A stretch of DNA of 64,000 nucleotides from Gammaproteobacteria bacterium (GTDB taxonomy: Bacteria > Pseudomonadota > Gammaproteobacteria > GCA-001735895). The first letter of the stretch is position 1; the number at the start of each line of letters is the position of its first letter. The notes beneath the pieces were generated by a model that ran no database searches, had not been told where the DNA came from, and worked only from the letters and a program-made list of their open reading frames with translations. Below are positions 19,351-28,781 of this stretch, one piece after another. A program made the translations under genes and the position numbers. The stretch is from the NCBI GenBank assembly GCA_050288105.1, contig JBNKDE010000008.1, forward strand, positions 22,683 to 86,682, written 5' to 3'.

Positions 19351-20769
19351 TTGAAATCTGGATTGAATATGGGAGCTCTAGAACACAAACTGGCAGAAAT
19401 TCTGGGAGACACCGGCTGGTTAGCGCAGGAACTCACTGATCGCTATTACCGAGACTGGTTAAATCGCTATGGCGTACCAGCTCGTGGTGTGGCGCGTCCA
19501 GCGTCGACTGAGCAGGTTTCAAAGGTTATTCAGGCCTGCCATGAAAACGATGTGCCCGTTGTTGCACAGGGCGGAAATACCAGCTTATGTGGTGGCGCCG
19601 TGAGCGATTCAGAATCAGCCGTGATTCTCTCGTTAGAACGCATGACCAGTATCGGTGATATTGATGTGACTGCGGGTACAGTCGAAGTGGCGGCTGGTGT
19701 AGTGCTTGAGTCCCTGCATGACTCGCTATCGTCAACTGGATTCATGTTTCCAATGCATCTGGGTGCTGAGGGTTCGGCACAGGTCGGCGGCCTGATCAGT
19801 ACCAACGCGGGTGGCAGTCACGCTTTTCGTTATGGAATGATGCAGGATCTGGTGTTGGGTCTGGAGGTGGTGCTTGCGGATGGAAAGATCTGGAACGGTA
19901 TGCGTGCGGTACAGAAAGATAATGCTGGGTATCAATTACGTAAGCTGTTCTGCGGTGCTGAAGGCACTCTGGGTATAGTCACCAGAGCGGTACTACGACT
20001 ATTTCCTGCTGCCAGAAAAAGCGCTACCGCATTATTGGCGGTAAGCGGTTTAAGCGAACTGCTAGAACTGGGGGCACTGGTAAGAGCAGAGGCCAGCGAG
20101 TTTGCTAATGGACTGGAGTTTTTTTCAGACTTTGGCCTGTCACTCGCATTGCAACATGTTAACGGGCTAAGCTTCCCGTTAAGCGAAAGAGCCCCCTGGT
20201 ATTTACTGGTGGAGGTTTCCGCCAGTTCAAGAATGGTGGATCTTGAAGCCATTCTGGATAGCATCCTGACCGACTCGATGCAAAAGGAGATGGTGATAGA
20301 TGGAACCATTGCTATGTCGGAAGCCCAGCGCAGCGAATTGTGGCGTCTACGTGAAGAACAACCTGAAGGACAAAGACTGGAAGGAGAGCAACTGAAACAC
20401 GATATCTCAGTACCTCCCGCCAGTCTTGCTGAGTTTATTGATGAGGCGGAAAAGCTTTGCAGCTCAATTCTACCGGGCGTCCGCGTCAATGCGTTCGGGC
20501 ATCTGGGTGATGGCAATGTGCACTTTAACCTCAGTGCGCCCGAGTCAAAACAGAGCCTGGCTCAATATGCTGAGCAGTTTTCGTTAGAGATTGGGCGACT
20601 GGCAAGTGAAAAAGGCGGTAGTTTTGCAGCCGAGCACGGATTGGGTCGATCCAAAATCTACCTGGCCGATGCGTTACGTAGTGAGGTTGAACGAGATCTT
20701 ATGCTTAAAATCAAGCAATCGCTGGATGCGAGAAATCTGTTTAACCCCAATGTCATTTTCCGGCTCTGA
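19351..20769 (+). CDS. FAD-linked oxidase (GlcD / D-2-hydroxyacid dehydrogenase family, PCMH FAD-binding domain)
   Basis: N-terminal FAD-binding motifs (VVAQGGNTSLCGGAV), a C-terminal FAD-oxidase_C-like region, about 470 aa. The likely true start is the ATG at 19369. Confidence 0.85.
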   Translation: MKSGLNMGALEHKLAEILGDTGWLAQELTDRYYRDWLNRYGVPARGVARPASTEQVSKVIQACHENDVPVVAQGGNTSLCGGAVSDSESAVILSLERMTSIGDIDVTAGTVEVAAGVVLESLHDSLSSTGFMFPMHLGAEGSAQVGGLISTNAGGSHAFRYGMMQDLVLGLEVVLADGKIWNGMRAVQKDNAGYQLRKLFCGAEGTLGIVTRAVLRLFPAARKSATALLAVSGLSELLELGALVRAEASEFANGLEFFSDFGLSLALQHVNGLSFPLSERAPWYLLVEVSASSRMVDLEAILDSILTDSMQKEMVIDGTIAMSEAQRSELWRLREEQPEGQRLEGEQLKHDISVPPASLAEFIDEAEKLCSSILPGVRVNAFGHLGDGNVHFNLSAPESKQSLAQYAEQFSLEIGRLASEKGGSFAAEHGLGRSKIYLADALRSEVERDLMLKIKQSLDARNLFNPNVIFRL

Positions 20770-20868
20770 AAAACAGCGCTCCAGGCGATTTTGTCGAACC
20801 GGAGGTTGTCACCACAGTCTCATAGAAACCATAAACAAAAACAGGGCACGAGGCCCTGCATTTGGTTA

Positions 20869-20945
20869 TGGCGTCCCCGAGAGGGTTCGAACCTCTAACC
20901 TGCTCCTTAGGAGGGAGCCGCGCTATCCTATTGTGCCACGGGGAC
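20869..20945 (-). tRNA. tRNA-Arg (anticodon CCT)
   Basis: Manual cloverleaf fold on the reverse complement: acceptor GTCCCCG/CGGGGAC, anticodon stem GCTCC/GGAGC with loop CTCCTAA, T-arm GGTTCGAAC, 3' GCCA. A CAGGGC/GCCCTG hairpin plus T-run terminator follows on the minus strand (20841-20866). Confidence 0.85.
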
Positions 20946-21000
20946 TTTATCGAGGCGGGATTATACAAAGACTAGTTGCTTAAATCATGCCTTTATCGCG

Positions 21001-21795
21001 TTATTGGCAATATTCCTGGTACTGCTGCTGCAGTTGCTGCTTTTTTTGCGCTACTTCCTGTTTGCTGAGATAGATGCGCTTTCCGTTTTTGTCCAGATCA
21101 TACCAGCGTACTCTCTGTTCATATTGTGTAATCTGGTCTTTTACCCGGATACATTTCTGCTGAAGTTTTTCATCTTTCTGTTGCTGTTTTAGCTGCTCGT
21201 TGTTCACCTGTTGCTGTTGCTGGCGTTGTTTTTCGTATATAGCCAGAGCACGCGCTACGCGGTCTCTGCCGCTTAAGCCTGTTGATATCTGTTTGGGTGC
21301 CTGCATCTCTTCGGCTTGCTGCTGGGCTTCCGCCTGTTGTTGCTGTTGCTGTTTGGCAATCTGTTGTCGTTGAATATCGAGTTGCTGTTGTTTGAGTTCC
21401 ATTTCTGCCAGCAGCTTCTGCTCCTGCTTAAGACGTTGCAGGCGGTTGCTGGCCTGGGGTAACCACTGGCTGTCGGAATACTCTGCAATAAATGCTTCCA
21501 GCGCCTTGACCTGGTTGGTTTCTATCGCCTGATGATAGGCCAGTTTGTCTCTTTCGTAGATCGCTCTTTCTATCCAGTCCGACTGGGGATGGTCTTTAAT
21601 GAAGCGGTTTAATTCTGTAATACTGTTACTTTGCTGAGCTTTCTGCAGTTCCTGTTGTTCCTGCTGAAGTCGTTCTACTGCCTGTTGCAGGGCGATCTGT
21701 TGCTGGTATTGGGAGTACGCATAATAGCCTGGCAGTGCGATAGCAATAAACACCACGGTTAAGCCGAGTTTTTTCACGTTATGTTCCCTTTGCAT
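21001..21795 (-). CDS. glutamine-rich coiled-coil protein with an N-terminal membrane anchor/signal
   Basis: N-terminal hydrophobic helix (LGLTVVFIAIALPGYYAY), then about 230 aa rich in Q/E/K/R with heptad character and poly-Q runs (QQQQQQ). No catalytic motif. Confidence 0.55.
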   Translation of the reverse strand: MQREHNVKKLGLTVVFIAIALPGYYAYSQYQQQIALQQAVERLQQEQQELQKAQQSNSITELNRFIKDHPQSDWIERAIYERDKLAYHQAIETNQVKALEAFIAEYSDSQWLPQASNRLQRLKQEQKLLAEMELKQQQLDIQRQQIAKQQQQQQAEAQQQAEEMQAPKQISTGLSGRDRVARALAIYEKQRQQQQQVNNEQLKQQQKDEKLQQKCIRVKDQITQYEQRVRWYDLDKNGKRIYLSKQEVAQKKQQLQQQYQEYCQ

Positions 21796-21833
21796 GAGTT
21801 GATTAAAATTTAAGCCAAAGCGATGCCTGCCTG

Positions 21834-22541
21834 TTAAATACCAAGATAGGCTTTCTGTACCTCTGGATTTTGTGTCAGCGCTTCTGCTTTGTCACTAAGT
21901 GTAATGATCCCGTTTTCGATGACATAACCTCTGTGCGCGATCTGTAATGCCTGGTTGGCATTCTGTTCGACCAGGAAGATTGTAGTGTTCTGCTCCTGGT
22001 TGATCATCTTGATAATATCGAATATCTGCTTGATGATCAGCGGTGCCAGCCCCATAGAAGGTTCATCCAGCAGTAACATACGAGGTCTTGCCATTAATGC
22101 ACGGGAAATCGCGAGCATTTGCTGCTCTCCGCCGCTCAGGTTTCCGCCTGACTGGTGTCTACGTTGAGATAGAATAGGAAACAGATCGTATACATAGTCC
22201 AGGTCGGATTTTATACCAGCATGGTCATTGCGTAAAAAAGCGCCTAGATCGAGATTTTCCTGTACGCTCAGGTGGGGAAAGATGTGACGACCTTCGGGTA
22301 CCTGGCTGATACCCAGTCTGACAATCTGATCGGGTGCCAGTTTATGAATAGCTTGACCTTCGAAGGTAATGCGACCTTTACCCGCGGGTACGATGCCACA
22401 AATTGACATCAGCGTGGTACTTTTACCCGCACCATTCGCGCCTATCAGGGTGATGATTTCACCCTCGTTAATGTTCAGAGTAATCCCCTTGAGTGCGGAG
22501 ATATTACCGTAGTAACTATGAACCTTGTGCAGTTCAAGCAT
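21834..22541 (-). CDS. livF: branched-chain amino acid ABC transporter ATP-binding protein
   Basis: Walker A GANGAGKST, the ABC signature LSGGEQQ, Walker B; 235 aa. Confidence 0.85.
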   Translation of the reverse strand: MLELHKVHSYYGNISALKGITLNINEGEIITLIGANGAGKSTTLMSICGIVPAGKGRITFEGQAIHKLAPDQIVRLGISQVPEGRHIFPHLSVQENLDLGAFLRNDHAGIKSDLDYVYDLFPILSQRRHQSGGNLSGGEQQMLAISRALMARPRMLLLDEPSMGLAPLIIKQIFDIIKMINQEQNTTIFLVEQNANQALQIAHRGYVIENGIITLSDKAEALTQNPEVQKAYLGI

Positions 22542-23322
22542 CGGCTTCTTCTCCCAGGTAGGCCTTGATTACCGCCGGGTTTTCGCGAATCTCTTCGGGT
22601 GAGCCGGTGGCAATAAGGTTACCGTAATCCAGTACGTATAATCGGTGTGACAGGTTCATAACCAGCTTCATGTCGTGCTCGATCAGCAGAATAGCCTGTC
22701 CCTCCTGCTGCAATTTAACGATTTGTTCCTCAAGCTGCTGGGTCTCCTGTGGATTCATGCCTGCGGCAGGTTCATCCAGTAGCAGCAGTGCGGGTTCAGT
22801 GGCTAACGCACGTGCAATTTCGAGTCGTCTTTGCTCGCCGTAAGACAGGTTGCTGGCGAGTTCGTTGGCATGTTTTTCCAGCCCCAGCTTGCGTAGCATC
22901 TGGTAGCTGAATTCGACAATCTGCTTTTCTTCACGCACGGTAGAAGGTGGTCTGAAGATGGCACCCAGAATAAACGAGGAGGTACGGCAATGGCGCCCGA
23001 TCATGACGTTTTCAAGTACCGTCATATTGTTAAACAGGCGGATATTCTGGAACGTTCTAGCGAGCCCTTTTTCTGCCACCTGATTGGGTTTTAAACCATT
23101 TAACAGGTAGCTTTTACCGTTTGGGGGATTCAATCTTACCTTGCCCTGGGTCGGCTTGTAGATCCCGGTGATGCAGTTAAAGAAGGTGGTCTTGCCTGCA
23201 CCATTGGGGCCGATCAAGGCGATGATTTCACCACTGTGGACCTGCAGGTTGACATCGTTTACTGCACGTATGCCACCAAAGCTCATACCTAGTCCTTCAA
23301 CATCCAGAATAGGCCTGCTCAT
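22534..23322 (-). CDS. livG: branched-chain amino acid ABC transporter ATP-binding protein
   Basis: Walker A GPNGAGKTT, the ABC signature LSYGEQRRLEIA; 262 aa. Confidence 0.85.
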   Translation of the reverse strand: MSRPILDVEGLGMSFGGIRAVNDVNLQVHSGEIIALIGPNGAGKTTFFNCITGIYKPTQGKVRLNPPNGKSYLLNGLKPNQVAEKGLARTFQNIRLFNNMTVLENVMIGRHCRTSSFILGAIFRPPSTVREEKQIVEFSYQMLRKLGLEKHANELASNLSYGEQRRLEIARALATEPALLLLDEPAAGMNPQETQQLEEQIVKLQQEGQAILLIEHDMKLVMNLSHRLYVLDYGNLIATGSPEEIRENPAVIKAYLGEEADA

Positions 23323-24539
23323 TGGCTTTCTCCTTTATGCGGCCGGTATTGGTAATGTCGGCGTACCTGGCTGACCAGGCCCTGTGGGCGGAATACCATC
23401 ATGCTTACCATGATAATACCGAAAGCCAGCATACGGTAATCAGACAGGGCGCGCAGGTATTCGGGTAACAGGATCAGGAATAGGGCACCCAGAATAACCC
23501 CGAGAATCGACCCCATACCCCCCAGAACAACGATGGCGAGAATGATTGCAGACTCCAGAAAGGTAAAGCTGGATGGGTTAATAAAGGTGGTCTTCGCAGC
23601 GAAGATGACGCCAACCATACCAGCCCAGGTTGCGCCCAGAGCAAAGGCTGTCAGCTTGGTTCGGGTTTTATCTATCCCCATGGCCTGACAGGCAATTTCA
23701 TCTTCGCGTAATGCCAGCCAGGCACGACCCAGGCGTGAGTTCTGTAATCGGTTGACGACGAATATGGTGAAGATCACCATGATGAGCATGAGGTAGTAGA
23801 GATAGCTAATCGACTGATCCAGGTCCAGTTCGATACCAAAAAAGCCAGGACGGTCGATATTGGATATGCCGCTAGGGCCCTGAGAAAACTCATTCCAGTT
23901 TTCAAGGATCAGGCGAATGATTTCTCCAAAGCCGAGCGTGACTATCGCAAGGTAGTCGCCACGCAGCCTTAATACAGGGAAGCCCAGCAAAATACCCAGG
24001 AAAGCGCCGAGTATGGCCCCTATGGGTAATACTACCCAGAAGCCAAGGTCAAAATGCAGGTTTAGCAGAGCATAGCTATAAGCGCCGACGGCATAGAATG
24101 CAACATAGCCAAGGTCGAGTAAGCCCGCAACACCGACAACAATATTTAATCCCAGGCCCAGCACAACATACATCAACGCGGTGACCATCACATTGGTCTG
24201 GTAGGTTGAAAATATCTGTGGAAAAAGTAATGCAAAAGCCATGGTGGCCAGTACGATGGGGTAGAGATAACGTTTTTCGCGTTGTATGGTTTGCAGGATG
24301 CTGAGTTGTTCTGCCTTTTCCAGCGTTCGAGAAACCTGGCGTTTGTGTCGGCGCTCAAAATAAATTCGGCTGGCGATAGACAGGATGAAACTTCCAAAGC
24401 CAACCAGCAACATATTCTGCCAGCGTAGTTCGATGGTCTCTTCCAGAGGGTTAACCCTGATCACCATGATCGGGAAGGTAAGAAACATAAACCAGAGTGA
24501 AACGGCCAGTGAACGTTTGGTTTCCTTGAGCGAAATCAT
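23319..24539 (-). CDS. livM: branched-chain amino acid ABC transporter permease
   Basis: 406-aa polytopic membrane protein of the LivM type with an N-terminal extension; operon position. Confidence 0.8.
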   Translation of the reverse strand: MISLKETKRSLAVSLWFMFLTFPIMVIRVNPLEETIELRWQNMLLVGFGSFILSIASRIYFERRHKRQVSRTLEKAEQLSILQTIQREKRYLYPIVLATMAFALLFPQIFSTYQTNVMVTALMYVVLGLGLNIVVGVAGLLDLGYVAFYAVGAYSYALLNLHFDLGFWVVLPIGAILGAFLGILLGFPVLRLRGDYLAIVTLGFGEIIRLILENWNEFSQGPSGISNIDRPGFFGIELDLDQSISYLYYLMLIMVIFTIFVVNRLQNSRLGRAWLALREDEIACQAMGIDKTRTKLTAFALGATWAGMVGVIFAAKTTFINPSSFTFLESAIILAIVVLGGMGSILGVILGALFLILLPEYLRALSDYRMLAFGIIMVSMMVFRPQGLVSQVRRHYQYRPHKGESQ

Positions 24540-25438
24540 ACCTTCTGAATCTCCGCTTTTCCGAGCAAGCCTGAAGGTTTAAAGATCAGTATTAAAACCA
24601 GCAGTGAAAATGCAAACACGTCTTCATAATCACTGGACACATAGCCGGTAGCAAAGCTTTCTGTCAGACCCAGAACCAGCCCGCCCAGTACGGCACCGGG
24701 AATAGAGCCTATTCCACCCAGTACCGCAGCGGTAAAGGCTTTAATGCCCGCAATAAAACCGATAAAGAAATTGATCTGCCCAATATGAGAGGCAATTAAT
24801 ACACCGCCTATTGCGGCCAGTGAAGAACCGATAATAAAGGTGACAGAGATGATTCTATCCACGTTAATACCTACCAGCATGGCCATGGTACGATCCTGAG
24901 AAGTCGCACGCATCGCTTTACCAAGGCGGGAATAACGAATAAAAAGCGTCAGGATGACCATCACAATCGCAGCGGTGACGATAATCATCATGTCGGTGGT
25001 GCCGACGATGTGCGCGAATGGGTCCATGAATTCAAATTCGGGAATAAGTTCTGGAAATGCCAGGAAATCAGAGGTCTGGGCAAGTAGTACATAATTCTGC
25101 AGGAAAATGGACATACCGATTGCGCTGATCAGGGGGGATAGCCGTGGGGCATGTCTTAAAGGTTTGTAAGCCAGTTTCTCTACCGTGTAACCATAGGCGC
25201 TGGCCCAGATGATTGCAGCGAGGGCGGCTAGAACGGTAATGGCGAGTAGTGGAAAACCCAGTATGCCAAGAACAGAAGCAATGATGTAGGCTGTAAATGC
25301 CCCGATCATATAGATTTCGCCGTGTGCGAAGTTAATCAGTCCAATAATGCCATATACCATGGTGTAACCCAGGGCGATGAGTGCGTAGATGGAACCGCGA
25401 GACAATCCGCTAAATACTAATTCAATAAAATATTCCAT
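24536..25438 (-). CDS. livH: branched-chain amino acid ABC transporter permease
   Basis: 300 aa, about 8 TM, LivH-like. Confidence 0.8.
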   Translation of the reverse strand: MEYFIELVFSGLSRGSIYALIALGYTMVYGIIGLINFAHGEIYMIGAFTAYIIASVLGILGFPLLAITVLAALAAIIWASAYGYTVEKLAYKPLRHAPRLSPLISAIGMSIFLQNYVLLAQTSDFLAFPELIPEFEFMDPFAHIVGTTDMMIIVTAAIVMVILTLFIRYSRLGKAMRATSQDRTMAMLVGINVDRIISVTFIIGSSLAAIGGVLIASHIGQINFFIGFIAGIKAFTAAVLGGIGSIPGAVLGGLVLGLTESFATGYVSSDYEDVFAFSLLVLILIFKPSGLLGKAEIQKV

Positions 25439-25518
25439 CAGAACTTCCAGAATTTAGAAAAGCTTTTAGAACAATAAAAAGCCCAGCACGTATCGTGCTG
25501 GGCTTTGGTTTGGAAATA

Positions 25519-26634
25519 TTATTTCACTTCTACGTAATTGCCGTCTTTAACCTGATACATTGCAAATCCGACACCGATGGCATCACCACGATCATCGAAA
25601 TTGATGTTACCTACAGGAGTGGCAGTTTTATGCTTCTGCAGAGCTGTCCTGATCGCTTCATAGTCAGTGGAGCCAGCCTGATCGATGGCGTTTAAAAGTG
25701 CCAGAGCTGCTGCATAGGCGTTTTCATAGAATGCGCCAGGATCTGATTTGTAGGCTGTCTTGTGTGCTTCAATCGCCGCGGTAGACAGCGGGTTTTTGGA
25801 GTTATCCTGGGGGCCAGTAGCGTATACGCCTTCAGCATATTTGCCGGCTACCTTAATGAAGGTATCATCTTTTACACCGTCATCAGAGATGAAGGGGATA
25901 TCGATACGCTTCTTACGCATCTGAGTAATGATTTTTGAAGCTTCAGGATGATATCCACCGAAAATCACGGCATCAGCTTTGGAGCGCTTGATCTTCTGCA
26001 CAACCGCAGAGTAATCAACCGCGCCTGGGGTTACGCCTTCGTAAAGTACCACTTCGCCCTTGGGGGATTTTTCGATGAAGGCTTTGGCAAATTCAGCCAG
26101 GCCTTTGCCGTAATCACCCTTGTCGTGGATAACTGCGATCTTTTTAAGGCCCAGAGTATCCAGCGCAAATTCAACTTCTTTTGCCGCCTGGGCGTCATCC
26201 GCCGCAATAGTGCGATAGAAGTTTGGATAGTCGCCGCTCTGGGTCAGCGCAGGATTGGTAGCAGAAGGGGACATCACAACGATGTTGGCATTTTTATAGA
26301 TAGGCAGGGCTGCTTTGGTGGCACCAGAACAGATATGCCCGAGGACCACATCTACGCCATCGGACACCAGCTTGGTGGCCGTATTGGTGGCGATTTCAGG
26401 TTTACATACATCGTCTTCGATTAACAGTTCAACCTGCATACCATTAATACCGCCTTTGGCATTGATATCCTTTACCACCAGTTCAGCGGCCTTGATCGTG
26501 GGGATGCCATAGGAAGCAAGATCACCACTGTGTGGTCCAGCTACACCCAGTTTAATGGTGTCTGCCTGTGCAAATCCTGTCAGTCCCGCTGAGACAATCA
26601 GCGTTAAAAGTGAATGTTTAATGGTGTTTCTCAT
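25519..26634 (-). CDS. livK: branched-chain amino acid ABC transporter substrate-binding protein (Leu/Ile/Val-binding family)
   Basis: Signal peptide, type-I periplasmic binding fold, DTIKLGVAGPHSGDLASYG N-terminal motif; 371 aa. Confidence 0.85.
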   Translation of the reverse strand: MRNTIKHSLLTLIVSAGLTGFAQADTIKLGVAGPHSGDLASYGIPTIKAAELVVKDINAKGGINGMQVELLIEDDVCKPEIATNTATKLVSDGVDVVLGHICSGATKAALPIYKNANIVVMSPSATNPALTQSGDYPNFYRTIAADDAQAAKEVEFALDTLGLKKIAVIHDKGDYGKGLAEFAKAFIEKSPKGEVVLYEGVTPGAVDYSAVVQKIKRSKADAVIFGGYHPEASKIITQMRKKRIDIPFISDDGVKDDTFIKVAGKYAEGVYATGPQDNSKNPLSTAAIEAHKTAYKSDPGAFYENAYAAALALLNAIDQAGSTDYEAIRTALQKHKTATPVGNINFDDRGDAIGVGFAMYQVKDGNYVEVK

Positions 26635-26811
26635 GAGTCCTCTCCGTTATTGAAATTTAACCGGGCAAGGATAATTAATTGCAGGGTATTAATCCATACT
26701 CCGCAGAATAATTAAGCCTTAGCCAGATCGAAATTAAATTCATCACGCTGTTGAGTTAAGCATCGTACAGAATTCGCCAGTATCAGGGCAAGCCGGTTTC
26801 AGCTGCAAACC

Positions 26812-27810
26812 CTATTGGTTGTTCTCTTCTACCTCATTGTTCTGGTAGTAGTAATCGTATTTCTGCAGCAGGGATTTCATGAAGTTCCAGGCTTCGTTGT
26901 AGGTCAAGCCACTATCCTTGGGGATAATGATTTTAACATACAGCTCCGGGCCTTTTTCCTGCTTGAGTCGGTCCAGCCTGCTTTCAACTTCTGCTAAAGA
27001 AAGGTTCTGATAATTTTTATTGCCAGGCTCTTTAAACCGGTAAACTTCGCCGCCTTGCTGCTTAACATAATAAACTTCGGCAACGTACTTACCCTTGGCA
27101 CTTCGTGCGGGTTTAATCAGCTGGTCATATTTGGATTTGACGACATCATACTCGCCTTTGAGGCTGAGTAGCTGCCGGTTGTATTCGATTTTTTCTTTTT
27201 CCAGCATGTCGATACTGAGACGCTGCTGTTCGGCACTCGCATTCAGCGCCGCTATTTCGGCATTGGCAAATTCCAGCTCCTGTTGTGCGGCTGCAGCCTG
27301 CTGTTTCTGCTGTTCAAGCTGCAGTCTAAGTTCCGCCAGTTGCTGGGCAAACTCTTCAGACTCTGCACTGATTTCATTAATTTTCTGGCGCGCATCTGCC
27401 AGTTCATCGCGCGAACTCTGAATCGTCTGATTCAGTTGTAATTTATCATTTTCCAGTTCATTGATGGCCAGTAAACGCTGTTCGTCACGCTGTTTGGCCT
27501 TGGCCAGCAGTTCTTCCTTTTCCAGTATGCGTAAGCGCAGGATAGAGTTTAGCTGCTCCGCATTGATCAGGCGTTCTTCCAGCGTTGCGTTTTCCTGCGA
27601 GGTGGATTCGATCATTTCCGAAGCGAGTTTTTCGGCTTCTATACTTTGCTGAAGCTCGGCGACCAGTTGCCAGTTGCGCACGATGAGCAGGCTGGTTGCC
27701 AGCAGGAAGATCATTACCACCACCATCATGATGTCGGTAAAAGATGGCCAGAAAGACCCTTCGTTATCGGCTTCTAATGAGTGAGGGCCAATGGTTGGGA
27801 AATTACTCAT
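26812..27810 (-). CDS. ExbD/TolR/MotB-like stator B-subunit N-terminus (TM helix with conserved Asp) fused to an ~200-aa periplasmic coiled coil and a ~100-aa C-terminal domain of unknown fold
   Basis: SFWPSFTDIMMVVVMIFLL resembles the ExbD/TolR/MotB TM with its protonatable Asp. Residues 45-230 are heptad-rich (E/Q/L/A). There is no OmpA or TonB C-terminal motif. Confidence 0.6.
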   Translation of the reverse strand: MSNFPTIGPHSLEADNEGSFWPSFTDIMMVVVMIFLLATSLLIVRNWQLVAELQQSIEAEKLASEMIESTSQENATLEERLINAEQLNSILRLRILEKEELLAKAKQRDEQRLLAINELENDKLQLNQTIQSSRDELADARQKINEISAESEEFAQQLAELRLQLEQQKQQAAAAQQELEFANAEIAALNASAEQQRLSIDMLEKEKIEYNRQLLSLKGEYDVVKSKYDQLIKPARSAKGKYVAEVYYVKQQGGEVYRFKEPGNKNYQNLSLAEVESRLDRLKQEKGPELYVKIIIPKDSGLTYNEAWNFMKSLLQKYDYYYQNNEVEENNQ

Positions 27811-27823
27811 TGTCTAGCTGGGC

Positions 27824-28768
27824 TCAATCCTGACCAGGCGGTGGTGGTGGCAGGCGGAAACCATCACGCAGCAATTTCTTGATACTGACAATATCATCAC
27901 TGAGCTTATTCATCTGCTGTTTATTGCTATTGATTGAAGCCAGCAGGGTGGTAGCGGATGAGTGATAGATTTCCTGCGTTTCATTCATTTTTTCGGTGGC
28001 GCGGATAATGCCTTTGATCAGGCCACTCATCTGGTTGATGATATCTTCCCCGCGTTTAACGAAGCGAGGGATCAGGTAAACGGAAGTCAGGTGTTCAATC
28101 CCGCTCAGTAAATGGGTTTGTACATCCTTAACACGCAGATAGAAATAACCAAATATGACATAGCTGACGATTGCAGTAATCGTGGTGGATAGTGCTGTCG
28201 ACATCCCATGAATAACCAGCCCCATACCATCGAGACCTGTGGAAGCGGTTTCTATCAGGTTGGAAGCACCAATCAACGCGATAGATAAGGATACGATGGT
28301 GCCGAATACCCCGGTCAGGATCAGGATGTTATTGATGAAACGCACGACACCAAGGCGGGTGCCTTCGTCGGCAGTTAACATCGCAGCCAGCGCATTATGG
28401 TTGATTTCGCCATGTGCCGCGTTAATGGTTCTCATAGTGGCATAACGCTTGACAATCAAACTGTGCGCATTCAGGTTTTCTGTGGGATCTTCCCTGATCG
28501 CTTCAACATTTTCTACAAAACCGCTCAGCGCGCTTTCTTCACGTCGATAGCGCAATAACAGCAACAGCAGATTAATAATGCCCAGCGCAAAAATGCCGGC
28601 GATCACGCTATTAATGATAATTCCTGTATTGGTCTGCTGGTTTTCCAGATAAAAATGGTGCAGAAACGAATAGTTGGTAGCAATAGCGATGATCGAAATC
28701 ACCACAACCAGCGCAAACTGGATTAGTATGCGCTGACTGAGCTTGGTAAGCAGGCGGTGCGTGTCCAT
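27824..28768 (-). CDS. MotA/TolQ/ExbB-family proton-channel protein (4 TM, MotA-like topology) with a ~90-aa C-terminal cytoplasmic tail
   Basis: TM3/TM4 motifs ILTGVFGTIVSL and ALSTTITAIVSYVIFGY align with the conserved LGLLGTV and A-L-x-T-x-G segments of the family. A proline-rich C-terminus follows. Confidence 0.65.
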   Translation of the reverse strand: MDTHRLLTKLSQRILIQFALVVVISIIAIATNYSFLHHFYLENQQTNTGIIINSVIAGIFALGIINLLLLLLRYRREESALSGFVENVEAIREDPTENLNAHSLIVKRYATMRTINAAHGEINHNALAAMLTADEGTRLGVVRFINNILILTGVFGTIVSLSIALIGASNLIETASTGLDGMGLVIHGMSTALSTTITAIVSYVIFGYFYLRVKDVQTHLLSGIEHLTSVYLIPRFVKRGEDIINQMSGLIKGIIRATEKMNETQEIYHSSATTLLASINSNKQQMNKLSDDIVSIKKLLRDGFRLPPPPPGQD

Positions 28769-28781
28769 GGAAATCCGTTGA

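Noticed and set aside
19932-20516. 194-aa Ser/Cys-rich minus-strand ORF, with smaller antisense ORFs at 19526-19935
   Set aside because: It is entirely antisense to the well-supported FAD-oxidase CDS. Low-complexity shadow ORF.
20591-20983. 130-aa plus-strand ORF and 71-aa minus-strand ORF (20753-20968) overlapping 20869-20945
   Set aside because: They overlap a well-formed tRNA-Arg(CCT) gene and its terminator hairpin. They are reading-frame artefacts.
21004-21488. Poly-Leu/Phe 62-aa plus-strand ORF and 71-aa minus-strand ORF
   Set aside because: They are antisense to, or out of frame with, the glutamine-rich coiled-coil gene. Artefact of CAG/CTG repetition.
27095-27652. Cys/Ser/Ala-rich plus-strand ORFs (108 aa and 63 aa)
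   Set aside because: They are antisense to the coiled-coil region of the ExbD/MotB-like gene. Repetitive GCN/CAG codons on the coding strand give open antisense frames.
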